DNA of 62,853 nucleotides, filler included, from Dicyema japonicum (taxonomy: Eukaryota; Animalia; Dicyemida), in assembly GCA_011109175.1 (NCBI GenBank). It is 6 parts of 6 records of this genome, joined end to end, with 100 filler letters (N's around TTAATTAATTAA, not from the genome) between each part and the next. Parts side by side here need not be neighbours in the genome. Positions count along the whole stretch, not along the records: positions 1 to 23,899 come from RDEW01000044.1; 5 more parts are not named here. One strand, 5' to 3'. Below, one piece after another: positions 1-12,615 of the stretch. Each line of letters opens with the position of its first letter. Position 1 is the first letter of the stretch. Position numbers and translations under genes: made by a program. The notes below the pieces were generated by a model that saw only the letters and a program-made list of their open reading frames with translations, made no database searches and was not told the DNA's origin.

Positions 1-190
1 CAAATCTGATAAATAATGAACAATGTACCGAAGCATAATTATTCTAATATCAATATTCCGGATAAACTAGCATGACAACAATTTTCCAATTTATACTATA
101 GGCAGCTATATAGTCCACTTCGCTCAAATTAAATTAATAATGAGCGAAGTGGACTATAATACCTTGTACGATTATAAATAGTTATTTTTT
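1..190. repeat. Dispersed block containing a perfect 18-bp inverted repeat (hairpin); second copy at 23710-23899
   Basis: 1-190 aligns at roughly 90% to 23710-23899. Arms tatagtccacttcgctca (109-126) and tgagcgaagtggactata (141-158) are exact reverse complements around a 14-nt AT loop. Confidence 0.85.
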
Positions 191-392
191 ATTATTTAAA
201 GACCAATATAAAAACCTATAACTATTTGAACGATTAGCCAAAACTATAGAATTAAGACAAGCAACGGAAATTAGTTCAGTAAACAAAAATTTCAGAAATG
301 ATAAATTTAACTCACATCTAAAACCGGTAATTTTGTTTAGAATAAAATGAGAAATCAGATTATTTTTCTTAATCGCTTACATATCGGAATGT

Positions 393-850
393 TTGATGAA
401 GACAATACAGGCCTCAACTAAGTTCGCCTTATATTTTTTAGTGGTTTGTGAAGCAGCATCCACTTTTTGTTGTCGCTATTTATTAGCTTTTTGGATTTTC
501 TCGTTTTTGCAAAGACGGAGTAAAGATCAAATAGCCAATCACCTCATGATCGTTCGTGACGAAACCCAAATTGATCTTTTCTGGTATTGTCCTATTTTTC
601 CAGAAAATATGAAGACTTCCAAAAGACAATTTTTACATTATTTTTGACAACTCTTATTACCATCTTCAACTTTTCTAAGAAATCTCTATAAATGCTGTTT
701 CTCTGACAATGGTTCTTTTACATTATTTTTGACAACTCTTATTACCATCTTCAACTTTTCTAAGAAATCTCTATAAATGCTGTTTCTCTGACAATGGTTC
801 TTAACAAGGATTCTCCACCATGAAATTATAACTCACTTAAGTATGAATGG
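393..850 (-). mobile_element. Degenerate non-LTR reverse transcriptase remnant with an ~85-nt internal tandem duplication (632-802)
   Basis: Minus-strand frame reads LEK*DNTRKDQFGFRHERS, matching the RT QxGFR motif; multiple stops. Confidence 0.45.
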
Positions 851-2149
851 AATTAATAATATTTTGAATGGAATTTAATGCACCAATCAAAGAAGACATT
901 GACTCTTTGCCTATTTTGGATATCAAGATATCACTGATATCATATATGTCAGGCTGTGCACTTATGAGGCTCTTACGAAGAATAACACTAAAAGTAGTTT
1001 AGAAGAGAAAAGAACAGGAAAATGAATTTGACTAAGAAATGTGTAATTCTTTGTGCTCAATTGCTTTTAAAATCGAAGATGGAGAATTCGATATGGTTGG
1101 GTATACATTCGATTGTTGAGTAAAAATTGCGATTTCATGAATCAGGAAAAAGATTTAGAAGAGCCACCTGGTGCTTCGACTTGAATAAAAGACGATTTTA
1201 TTCAAAATTATGGAGATAATAAGAGAGCAGTTCTTAATTTCAGAGCATGAATTTTTTCCTTTTTGGAGTAACATTTAAAATTAGGTTCAGTTATAGAAAA
1301 GTTTTCAATTTCTTAATTCGCAAAAAAGTGACTGGATTAGATAACTCTATTATTTAATAACAAAGAAAGTAATTACTGATACTATTAATCTGCTTCCGAA
1401 TTGGAAGGCATCTGGTTATGGATCGACGTTTAAGTTTATAGCATTGCAGTTGTTTGCAAAATCAAGTAAACAATCGCTAAATTTTCACTATAACAAAGTT
1501 ATTTTAAATTTTTAGTTAATTTTGTGATTATAACTTTACTAATTTAAATAATTTAAAAAATTCGACTATAAGCCAAATTTTCTCTATTGAACAAAATTAA
1601 TCCCAAATATCTTAATTAAAGCGGAAGTATGCTGCTATATGATTCCCCATGCGATTATTAATAATGGATAGAGACAAGTCTGGGACCAAGGAGAGGGATA
1701 CCCGACTATCGATTAAAATGTAGATTAATGCCTTGTTTAATGAAAATAAGTTTAGATACCATTGGAGATGTGTACATTCAACGAAACCGACTGCAGAGTC
1801 CCAAAAAGCCTAAGAATACTAAAGATAATATCAGTAAAGGTCAAATTCTAGTGAAAATGTGTTAACATACTCAGAATCAAATATACATAAAAAGATTTTG
1901 TGTTATCAAATGCTAGCCCAATTAAAGTATTATTGAGATAACGACAGAAGTCAATCATTAATGATACTTTGTCAATCAAAAACGACAATGGTCAATTAAT
2001 ACGATACTGGACCAGAAAATTCTTCACTTTCATTATAGTGAACAATTATAACGCTTTCCGTAACGACTAGCCACAATCCCTTAACAAGTCGTTTGAATAG
2101 AGTAAATACAGGTTTGAGCACCCACAATTTTGTAAGGTAACTTATTTTA

Positions 2150-3260
2150 TTAATTTATTATTTTATTTTAATAACCCCGGGAACACCGAGAAAGAAAGAC
2201 AAAAGAGTCAAACAGTTAGGTGATCCCAGTCCTCGCAATCCCCACTAATTTCCGGGAGAACCTCTCTCGGTCTTGAAGAGGAATCCGATCGGGGAGGAAA
2301 ATTTCTTATCCAATCGGGTTTCTCTTGCCATAAAAAGGATCAGCCGAACCGGATTTCCATCTTTCTCACAGACGCGAAGAAATCCGGAGACACGACTACG
2401 GATCTTAGCTTCCATGAGTAGTGGGTCGACTGTTGATCCATTACGTGGGCAAAGCATACTGATTGTTTTCAGGTGTATCGAGTTGACTTTTTAGATCATA
2501 GACTCCGATAGCGCGAATCTCCATGCAACGAGGCATACTCAACGGCAGACTCGATTGTTTGTTGGTAGAGGATAGACACTGAAAAGTCCATTTTCCTCGT
2601 GGTCCTCAGGACAACGGCGCGTAAAACGTTAATTTTGTGTAGGCCCCTAGCAAACATGTCTTTAGCGTTGAGTCAAAATTGAGTAGACTGTCTTACTTGA
2701 CTACAAGGACAGTGGGGGACCTTGTCACTGAAATCCGAGTGGGACCAATTAAGATACTCGGTTCATCCTTAGAACGACGCTCCGAAGTGAAAGTGNTCGA
2801 GTTGACTCTTTAGATCATAGACTCCGATAGCGCGAATCTCCATGCAACGAGGCATACTCAACGGCAGGAGCGATTGTTTGTTGGTAGAGGATAGACACGG
2901 AAAAGTCCATGTTACTCGTGGTCCTCAGGACAAGGGCGCGTAAAACGTTAATTTTGTGGAGGCCCCTAGTAAACATGTCTTTAGCGTTGAGTTGAAATTG
3001 AGTAGACTGTCGTACTTGACTCCAAGGACAGTGGGGGACCTTGTCACTGGAATTCGAGTGAGACCAATTAAGATACTGGGTTCATCCTTAGAACGACGCT
3101 CCAGGCCCCTAGTAAACATGTCTTTAGCGTTGAGTCAAAATTGAGTAGACTGTCTTACTTGACTACAAGGACAGTGGGGGACCTTGTCACTGAAATCCGA
3201 GTGGGACCAATTAAGATACTCGGTTCATCCTTAGAACGACGCTCCGAAGTGAAAGTGGAA
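2150..3260 (-). mobile_element. 3' fragment of a Jockey/I-group LINE (RT thumb plus AT-rich tail), internally duplicated around a single-n join at 2796
   Basis: VLGVKYDSLLNFN and LYQQTIAPAVEYAS motifs; same family as 30889-31375; ends in a taaa-rich tail at ~2150-2172. Confidence 0.75.
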
Positions 3261-4039
3261 CAGATAGATTTGAGTTTAAAGTCAAAAAAATTATTAGCTT
3301 TTTTTATTTCACCTTAGCTTTTTTTCTTTCTGAGTTTCCAAGAAGCAAGCTAATAAAGCTAATAGAATTTTTGAAGGAGTTAAGTCTAATGCTTTTGGAT
3401 TTTAAAGAAAATGTGACACCTAGGTAGTAACTTGTTAGTAGAATGTTTTCAATTTTTTATTTTTATCCTTGATTATTAAAATAAAGAGATTCAAAAAAGT
3501 TGGTTATTTACATTTTTGTGAAACCGTTCTGTTGGGAATTACTGAATTAGCTCAAGAAAGTTAAGAATTTTACTGCCACCAATTATAGTCTGTGGTTTTA
3601 GGTCAAGAATATACAAGCACTCCCTGAATTCTCTATTGATGTCAAGAGCAGTACCTATCAGTTTTTTCTACCTTCTTTGTTTTCTCAGTGAGGTCTGGAC
3701 AATGCAGTATGCCGGAATTCTTTTGTAGATCTACTAGTGTCTTCTAACCTCCATCACCTGCTTGTTGTTTGAGGCGTCGTCCCAGAGCTGTGCCTTGCTC
3801 AACGCCAGTCCTAATTGAGTTTTGTGTCCTTTCGGGATGATGAATTTTCCGTATTGTGATCTTATTACGACTGAGATAATAATCAGAGTTCCGCACTCGT
3901 GTCGAAGCGGAGATCAGATCGACGTTTAGCCTACAACTTTAGCAGTAAAATCACAAAGACATATGGCCTTGAACGAAGTCGCTAGGCTAGGCCGCCAGAC
4001 AGACATCCGTCTATTGTCGAATGAGTAGGTCATTGCAGG

Positions 4040-4110
4040 CGTGTTGGGAAACGACCAGATGGAATGACCATCTTCTCATTTGAAGCCGGGAAACCTCGTG
4101 TTTGTGTTAA
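4040..4110 (+). mobile_element. Small CRE-like restriction-like endonuclease (REL) fragment
   Basis: Translates GKRPDGMTIFSFEAGKP, the RPDG motif of the other CRE-like copies in the window. Confidence 0.55.
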
Positions 4111-4357
4111 TTAATAAAACGTTAGTTCTGGATAACTTTAAATTATGGGGGCTAAATTTAGGTAATCTGTCTCATATATGACGGGTTTCGAGTAAAACAG
4201 TTAGGTAGGATAACGGAAAAGTGAATTTATTGACTAGAACTTTAGTATTCTCAAGAAAATGGTTCGCCACAAAGTACGTAGTTCAATTTAGATGTTGTCA
4301 TTGCACTCTTCAGAAAAAGGAGGACGTTCGTAAGTCCAACATTTTCTGTCATGTGAA

Positions 4358-4967
4358 CGTTGACTTTGATTGTTGTTCTCTTATAAAAGCACATGATGTC
4401 CTGGCACTAAATTCCCGATCGATGACACAACTTGTGAATACTTTCTTTGAAAGTTTACGATTGTAGATTTTTGTTTTAGAATATTCTAATTGAATGAACA
4501 GCGGCATAGTATCCAAGGCTACTCCGTATTCACTTGAGGGGGGCTTTTTAGGAGCATTTAGTCATAATTTCGAAAACATCAGGGATTTTTGGTATACTTT
4601 CGTTAAAATTGACAAAATTAAAAATTTTGTTAGATTTNNNNNNNNNNNNNNNNNNNNNNNNNNNNNNNNNNNNNNNNNNNNNNNNNNNTTGACTTTGATT
4701 GTTGTTCTCTTATAAAAGCACATGATGTCCTGGCACTGAATTCCCGATCGATGACACAACTTGTGAATACTTTCTTTGAAAGTTTACGATTGTAGATTTT
4801 TGTTTTAGAATATTCTAATTGAATGAACAGCGGCATAGTATCCAAGGCTACTCCGTATTCACTTGAGGGGGGCTTTTTAGGAGCATTTAGTCATAATTTC
4901 GAAAACATCAGGGATTTTTGGTATACTTTCGTTAAAATTGACAAAATTAAAAATTTTGTTAGATTTA
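4358..4967. repeat. ~280-nt direct duplication either side of an N gap (probable assembly overlap)
   Basis: 4358-4637 and 4689-4967 are near-identical and separated only by Ns. Confidence 0.8.
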
Positions 4968-5042
4968 GAATGTCGACTGTAATTCAAATAATTAATAATT
5001 ATATAAATTCAAATAAATTGAAGACCGTTTGACAAATTAATA

Positions 5043-6337
5043 TCAGTTAGTTACAAAGTTTAATGGAATGGTTTCCTGTATTTCAACATGTGATTTCTGT
5101 TTGAAATAAAAAGGGACAATGACACACGTAAATATTATTGCAACAACTCCACACACGATTCCAATTATTTGATGTTTCGTCAATTTTTTTACGGGTTTAC
5201 TTTCAGACGATATTAGATTTTCAAAACTTATTCCATCTAAAATTTAGTCGGTTTTATTACGATGTTTAAAAATGTTTTTTTTGTCTTTAATTTCATTCGA
5301 TATTTGTTCCTCAAAGCATCCTTCATCTAAAATTCAGCCGAATTTATTTACCATCTCCAATAAATTCAAAACTCAGATCATTGCGGAAAAATTGTAATTT
5401 AAGAGATGAAATTTCGATAGTCACATTTTTATAGTTTTGTGAAATGAGTCCACATTTATAATATCCTCCCATTTTAATTTGTTTAAACTGCTTTTCAAGT
5501 AAAACACATTTAGATTTTTTATGTCTAACACAAACATAAAAGTTATAAATAATATATTTTTTATCTAGTTTTTCCACCGTAATAAATATTTTAGAATTTG
5601 CACCAATCAAAAGATATTTATAGATTCCATTAACAATACTTGTTGAAAAACCACCGTGATTATATTTGAAATGCTCATCTGTTATCTAAGAATCAATGAA
5701 AACGTGAACAGTTATGTTATTGTCAATATATGATATTTTGATAATTCCACTTATTACTCCTCCGATTCTATTTTTGTTAAATAAAAACCAAATGGGCGTA
5801 TCTGGGTCATTTTTTGGGTTACAGTCGTTAGCTAGATAAATTTTAATAAAAACCTTTTCCAGTAAAATGATACAAATGACTTTTATCGTGATATTGCAAT
5901 TTGATTGAATAAAATGTAACAGATATATTATTCGAAAAACTAATATAAGCATAACTACATCTGTAGTATTCCCCATATTTAGTTTTAGAAATCGTTGTGA
6001 TATTAGTATAACGCCTATCATCTAAAGTACAACGAAAAACATACCATAATCAATTTCTGTTATTAAGTCAATATTATAAAACTTATTGTAAAAGTGTAGA
6101 ATAAATTTAAAACTTATATTTTTATCAGATAAAATATACTTACCATTAATGCCATCTATTGGTAGATTTTCAGTTAACTGAAATAAAGGATATTGCTAAA
6201 GTTATCGAAATATATACTTTAGAAGGATTCTTATAAATTACATATGAATCAATTAAGATATATCTCCTCTCTCTGCATTTTATTTTGACGATTTTGCTTA
6301 ACAGAATAAATATGACAAAATGAATAATTCTGTTCAT
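5043..6337 (-). CDS. Complete 7-exon gene for a LAMP-like type I membrane glycoprotein (~384 aa): signal peptide, two repeated luminal domains, Pro-rich hinge, one TM helix, 19-aa tail
   Basis: ATG at 6337. GT-AG introns 6196-6217 (22 nt), 6022-6044 (23), 5832-5853 (22), 5686-5709 (24), 5327-5351 (25) and 5237-5260 (24) give a stop-free 1155-nt CDS. N-terminus MNRIIHFVIFILLSKIVKIKC. Both domains end alike: GEYYRC...VTFYSIKLQ...FTGKANDC and GGYYKC...VTIEISSLKLQFF...FIGDDEGC, resembling the LAMP GxSYxC...QAF...FG...C end. Hinge NPKNDPDTP; TM IIGIVCGVVAIIFTCVIVPFYF. Gene structure is well supported; the LAMP assignment is moderate. Confidence 0.75.
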
Positions 6338-6589
6338 TTATTCTAATTTTTATTAGGTCAAATTTTATTTTATTTAAATTATTAATTTATTTTTTTATTT
6401 AATTATTATTTAATATAGTCTGTCGTCGATTTGAAACGGACCTCGGGGCTGGAACACTTCTTTTTTTGGAACACTTTTTCGGATCTCTGCCAAAAATATC
6501 GAAAACTTCGACATGGAACTGAATTTATTACTATTTTTTATTTCTAGTCGTCAAAAAATTAATTATTTTTACTAGAAAAAACTCCTCAT

Positions 6590-7200
6590 AAATTATTATG
6601 AGTCTTAGTTACGGAAAAAATAAGTTGAAATTGCTCGACTACTCCTAAAAAATCATTCAACAAAGTACTTTCTCGGAAATATGAAACCAGCATTGGCACA
6701 ATAACTCGAATAAAAAAACAAATATGCCGTACATAACCCGTGGGAACATTATATGAATTCTGTTTGTACTTATAACAAAAGTTCAATGTGCAGAATAATT
6801 TGAATTCACGAATGTGTTGCTAGAGAGTTTACATTGAACCAGCTGCCGTAGAAACAAAAAGACCCACAGGAGTTATTTACGATAGCATAAATTCTTTTGG
6901 CCCACGTATCAGTGATAAGTTTAAGATTCTCAATTTGGCGTGCTGAAATAGCATGCGAATGAGCTGGAATCCAAGATGCATACTCGTCCCTTAATTTTAT
7001 GTGCATCACCTCATCGCAACGACAATTGAATATTATGTTTTATACCAGGCATATCTAAGGATTTTTATACAGTAGACGACATTATGGGGGACCTCGTCAT
7101 TAAAATGAAACCACTAAAGAAAACAGTGGATTTCTGTCAATGAAGTAATATCAAAAGGTAGTGGTTGTGCAATTTCTACTTAGTCAGGAACGTTCATTAG
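6590..7200 (+). mobile_element. Highly degenerate pogo/Tigger-like transposase relic
   Basis: Fragments KLKLLDYS...LSRKYETSIGTITRIKK resemble a CENP-B-type HTH; many stops and frameshifts. Confidence 0.3.
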
Positions 7201-8299
7201 CTTCAACCTTCTTTTAACTTTAGCAAATTTTATTATTAAAGAAATGTAAAGAATGTATTATTTTAGGTTTCTTACCACAAGTCCTGCAATAGCTTGGACT
7301 CTCCTACTGCGACCTTAACCCCTCTATGGTTTATTCAGTTTGGACATACGAGTCAATGATGACATCCCCTATCCGTAGTTTGCCATTTTTTTCTCTGTTA
7401 CTTCTCTTATCGACACTAATAGCAAATCTTCGTCATCATATAAAGTCTCGTAAGCCGCTTGTGACAATCTTGATTCCTGTAATCCTCGGTTTTCAAGAAG
7501 GAAGATAAAACACTCCTTGTATGCAGTGTAATAGCACTCTTCAAGTCCATAGAGAAGTGATAGAATGACCGTAATTAAAAAATGAAAATATCCGTATCGA
7601 GTCTGGTGTGCTATTTTCTTTCTGAGTTTAAAGTTTTATTAAGCAGTTTCAGTTTTTCAAAAGCTGTTCCGAGAAACTTCAGGCATTCCAAACTATCGAT
7701 TCCACATAGGGAGCTTTGCTGATTCCCTCTCCATTTCCGCTGAAGAATCTTGCATTAGATTTTTTTCTGAACTTTTCAATTGGAGACCAAACGAGACTCA
7801 AATTTCTTTCACATTTACATCGTTTCTTTTCTCCGAAGTCACACCCAATCTCGACAGATCAGACAGTTGTAGTAGTCTACTTATAACAGAGATTTCATAC
7901 TTGATGAAATCTGAAACAGGAAACTGGCCATTAGAACGTTAAATAATAGATTTCCCATAATTGATCCCTGTAAGACTCTACTCTCCAATTCATATGCTCA
8001 ATAATAATATCGATTTAATTAAAAAAAAGTTGAGGAGTTAACTCAAATGATTAAACATTATTGTCGTTCTTATATATTAACGTTCCCAGAACGGTTCTAC
8101 ATGATGCATCTTTTTACGTGATTAGAGAAATAGGTAATGACGTCCAAGAGTCCATGTGAACCACCATAATAGTTAAAAACATACATTTCTTGCAGTTGAG
8201 GAAACCTAATGATTGGAGTGGGAGAGAACAAATAATCCTTTTTAGTGCCAGCTTGGCACGGGCGTTACCTGACATGTAGATCACATGATGTGACTCTAG

Positions 8300-9850
8300 T
8301 AAAAAGTCAAGAGCTGTTCTTGAGAAGTAATTTCAAAAAGTATAATTTTATTCACTACCTAAACGCGAGTTTTATTGAACCTGACATGAGTATCTGTCTT
8401 TATGGATGTGTCCACCGTGATATCGACTCAGAAAATAGATTATGAAATTGACAGAATGTGTCTTCAGTCTCTGACTTCTTGATGTCGTACATTCTGTTTC
8501 GTTCAAATATATGCACCTCCTTGAAGAAGAAAATATATTGTTTCCACAGACTACTCAGAGGATCCAAATACATCAATATTTTCTTATTCGCAACAATTAT
8601 AAGTTTTGGATAAATTGACTTTCTGAAACTATCTGTAGAAGATTTTTCATATTCCTTGATCGCGCTAAAGCTAACTTGGGTTGTCCATCTTGTCCTTGAA
8701 AGCAAGGAATCTTGCGAATGTTGTCATATATGTTTTCTTATGTTTAAAGACCCGCAGGATTCCATTTTTTCTAGACAAATTCTAGACTTTCTTATCAAAT
8801 CACCAGACATTGAAACAACATACATCAATTTTATGAAAAATTGAAATAAACACCTCTCCCAAGTTTAACAAAAATAAATACAATATTCAGTTAAAATACC
8901 ATTACAACATCAATAGAGTCAATCGGTTCAATTAAGCCAATGTGGTAATTATAAAGGGACAGGGCATGCTCTTTGATTGCTTTAAATGGATTTCAGCATT
9001 AAGTAACAATCTCACGTTTTCTGTAATTGTTCTCAAAACATCCTGCTTCATGATGCAGCTGCATGATCTTTTAAACTCGAGGTATGTCCATCCGGAGATT
9101 TTACATCCTTCACAAGAGGCAGACTTCTCAGAACTCCTTGTAAGCCCAACAACACTGAGCTACTCATAGATCCCATTTATCATCCTCATCGTTGTGATCT
9201 TGCAATAAATATTTTAAAACTATCGATAAAAAGTAAGAGATTGGTTGTAAACGTCATCAATGATGAATTATCTTGGGACATAGATAATTTTGGAAATTTA
9301 TTGTTTAGACTTCCGCAAAAAACCAATGACTAACACAAAAAGCTGCAGAAACAACGAATCTCTTCGCAATATACAACGATATAATTTAACCATCCCAGTA
9401 CTATCTCTTTTGAAATTTAGAGTAAATTTCAATTTGTTCATAAGGCTTTTCACAAACCTTCCAATCGACAATTGGAGGCCTGAACAATTAAAGCATGGCA
9501 GAGAAAACCATGGTCCACAGAGCATTACGCCTTCTTTACATCAATCCTCGAAACAAATAGTTTATTTCAATAATGAATGTTTATGCACTGATTTATCAAG
9601 GCTTGCTTTTTCGTTCCTTGAAATATCATCTTTGACCCCAATTTATCATCAGAATTAATTTCGAACACTTCGAAATAATCGGTAGGTTTTGAGTTGACAC
9701 ATTGTGTAACTAATTTATACAACCAGTCCTCGGTCACAGTCCGCTCAAAAACTGATTTGATCTCATCTAGAGAACGGTTCACCACTGCCTCTTCCTCACA
9801 GAGAGGGGTCTTTTCCACAAGTCGCTGTTTAGTGGAACTCAAATGCTAAA
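8300..9850 (-). mobile_element. Degenerate R4-like (REL-type) non-LTR retrotransposon, RT region
   Basis: QGTKKQALINQ...IDVKKA, LFIDSFKIF (from FxDDLK) and FKAIKEHALSLYNYHIG motifs match the 33660-36620 family. Confidence 0.7.
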
Positions 9851-10189
9851 CCCACCTCCTAGCCTGAAACTAACCAGAGGCATACACTGTCGGTGTATTT
9901 TTAGAACATTTGACTTTATTCTCATACCTCTCCTATAGAGACCGCAATCTTGCCACCTCGTTCTGCATCTTCCAGGTACGTTTAACGTTTATGCATTCAC
10001 TATTTCTCTCTCGTGGACCGTCAGACTGAAGGCTGGCTTTAAAATGTTTTCGCTTATTTCGAGGAATGCCTTGATGTTTTTCTCCAATTGATTTTTGCAC
10101 TAATCTCAAAATCGAACCAGAACTAGATCAAATTATATATATTATCCCGCATTCTCCCCTTGGAGATGTGCTCGAGTGGGGAGCACAGT

Positions 10190-10280
10190 TGTTAATGTCA
10201 GCCTACAATTACAGAGCAAGCGACATTTTTGTTAATGTCAGCCTACGATTACAGAGCAAGCGACATTTTTGTTAATGTCT
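10190..10280. repeat. 40-nt tandem repeat, ~2.3 copies
   Basis: gttaatgtcagcctac(a/g)attacagagcaagcgacattttt repeated head-to-tail with no spacers. Confidence 0.85.
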
Positions 10281-11619
10281 ACTGTGGAAAACCACTGTCC
10301 GACCTCGTCTTGAGCTCTTCTGTAAAGAGCTTGACGTTCGATCTGCTATTAGAAAAAAGTGGAACCCTTTTCAGTTGATCTGACGGAATCTCGGGCTCAC
10401 TGGGTTTGTGGGGGTAATTAGGTAAGAAACTTTAAGTTTTGCTTGCTTTTGTCTGAGATAAGGTCAGTGACAAAACTTATGCTTTGTAAAAATAATAATG
10501 ACGTCTAAATCGATTAATTCCATGTTATCAGATACCTCCAACCAGTTCTCTCAATTGATGAGTGATCTGGGATTATTCGTAGTTACTTAAAATCAGTGGA
10601 ATTTCCACGTTTAAGTTTTTATAATGTGTGAATGCTCAATGTAAAAGTTGAAGGAACCTTGATGCGACATAGTCTTTACAACAATGTAATTTTATCTTTA
10701 AGTTTTAGATTTTGATTAAATTTATTATTTTAGAAAGTTTGTTGTATTTTAAAATTTCAGCAAAATTATTTAAAAGACATTATTCGGTAGAATATTTGTG
10801 TCAATTTCGACGACTTCACAAGGAAGGAGTGTCCCAATGAATAAGTCCTTGATATAAGAATTCTATGTGGAACTTGATATTTTGAATGGAATTGTATTTT
10901 TTGTTTAAAACAAGGATTAGGAACAAATTTGGAAAACAAATTGAGTTTTGTTACAAATCATCAGCTCAGTGAATCTTTTGTACTTCGAACTGTGAAGGGG
11001 GTTAATCTTTCAACTTTTAGTAAAATCTAAACAAGCTCGTGTAATTAGATTTTTTGCAAGACGTGAGACATCAGAAACGAGAAATCACTCGAATGCTGAA
11101 AAGTTGAAAATGAGGGACCACTTCTTCAACTATCGGTACAACTACTTGTTCAACTAAAAGCGGCCCAACAACGAGGAAGACAACTTCATTCACTGAGTTT
11201 GAGTGACGGTGATGTTTTTAATTATGGTTATCTACTGTTTTAACGGAAATGAGATTTTCAGTACTCACGTCTGATAAACGCAGAAAAGTTTTTTTTATCG
11301 TAAGCGTGGGAGATACATTTCATCTACTCCTATGGACTAGAGCGTACGACGCATAGTAAAACTTCTACATTAAGTAACAGACTACTAAAAATAATCGCGA
11401 AGATAATACTGAATCGTGTTTTACTGTAATTATGTTATTTAGACAGAACAACATGAAAGTTGTATATTGCATAAGCATAATGTCTGATTCGTTTTCTTGG
11501 TTCAGTTTACTATTTACATTTTTTTCAATTATAATAGCAATTTAAAAAAAATTTAAAAATATAAAATAAATATTTAAAAATTTACTCATTTTTATTTTAA
11601 ACGAAAAGCGAAGAATCAA

Positions 11620-12260
11620 GTGAGGCGACATGGTCCGTGCAAAATCTACTAAACCTGATGGGTCTTTGGTTCCTGAAGAACCGTCTGAATGTATCATCAG
11701 AAAAGTCACATGAAATGACGTTTACCTCAGTGCAAAATCTACTAAACCTGATGGGTCTTTGGTTCCTGAAGAACCGTCTGAATGTATCATCAGAAAAGTC
11801 ACATGAAATGACGTTTACCTCAGCAAAAAAAGAATTATACAAACAATGTGTTCTACCTAGTATCGAGTACGCCTGTGCTGCATGGATTGCTCTTTTATCA
11901 ATATAAGCTCAGAGTAAACTGAAGGTTTTACAAAATCGATGTCTCAGGATTCTATTGAAATAGTCGAAAAAGACGTCTACCTCGTTACTGCGGAGAACAC
12001 TAATCGTCCCCCAATCATGAAATACCTTAAGGAACGTCGCCGGGACTTCCTCAAAATGGCAAAAACTATCCCCTCAGATCGCACATCAGACTATATATGG
12101 ACGCCTGCTCAAGATATCAAAAGAAACCTTTCCCACTGTGGAGATTAATCTAGGACTCCTAAACTAACTGCGAGAAAAGGACTGGTATGAACATCGAGAT
12201 TACTTAATTAGACGATAACTTTATCCTCTTTCCGTAATTTCGGGGTTAATAAAATAAATT
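11620..12260 (+). mobile_element. Jockey-group LINE 3' fragment with a 93-nt tandem duplication
   Basis: WFLKNRLNVSSEKS and LYKQCVLPSIEYACAAW...LQNRCLR RT-thumb motifs; 93-nt unit at 11637 and 11730; AT-rich tail near 12250. Confidence 0.7.
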
Positions 12261-12615
12261 AATAAATTGAACGAAAAGCGGAAAATAAATACTGCTTATA
12301 CTTATAAATGTGATTGAATAATAACTCTAATTTGAACCTTGGAGTATTTAAAAGGAATTTAGTCTACTTAACCATACGATGAGTAAGAACGTAATAATTT
12401 GAGTATCTCGAATGAACAGACTTCATCAGACGGAGCATTTGGTAGTTTTCCGAATGTTAGGGGTCAGATTAACAATTTTTAATAAGATGCTGATTCGATC
12501 ACAAAAAATTATTGAACTGAATGAAAATCATAGATAGGAATTAATTATTTTAATATAAAACTATTAATTTATCAACTTTATATATTTTTGAATTAAATAT
12601 TAATCTTAAATTAAA

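Noticed and set aside
900-1500. Possible host pseudogene fragments here and at 7300-7950, 10600-11300 and 15460-16140
   Set aside because: Stop-riddled in all frames with no recognisable motif; they cannot be assigned without a search.
4221-5032. Convergent plus-strand gene overlapping the LAMP-like 3' flank
   Set aside because: All three frames stop after the candidate splice acceptor; similarity to ORF 23490-23693 is explained by the duplicated 3' flank.
8214-8310. Similarity to 31795-31890 as a candidate ncRNA
   Set aside because: Only a short ~70% match with no convincing structure; probably part of an unclassified decayed repeat.
10190-10280. CRISPR-like periodic repeat
   Set aside because: Head-to-tail 40-mers with no unique spacers, eukaryotic context and no cas genes.
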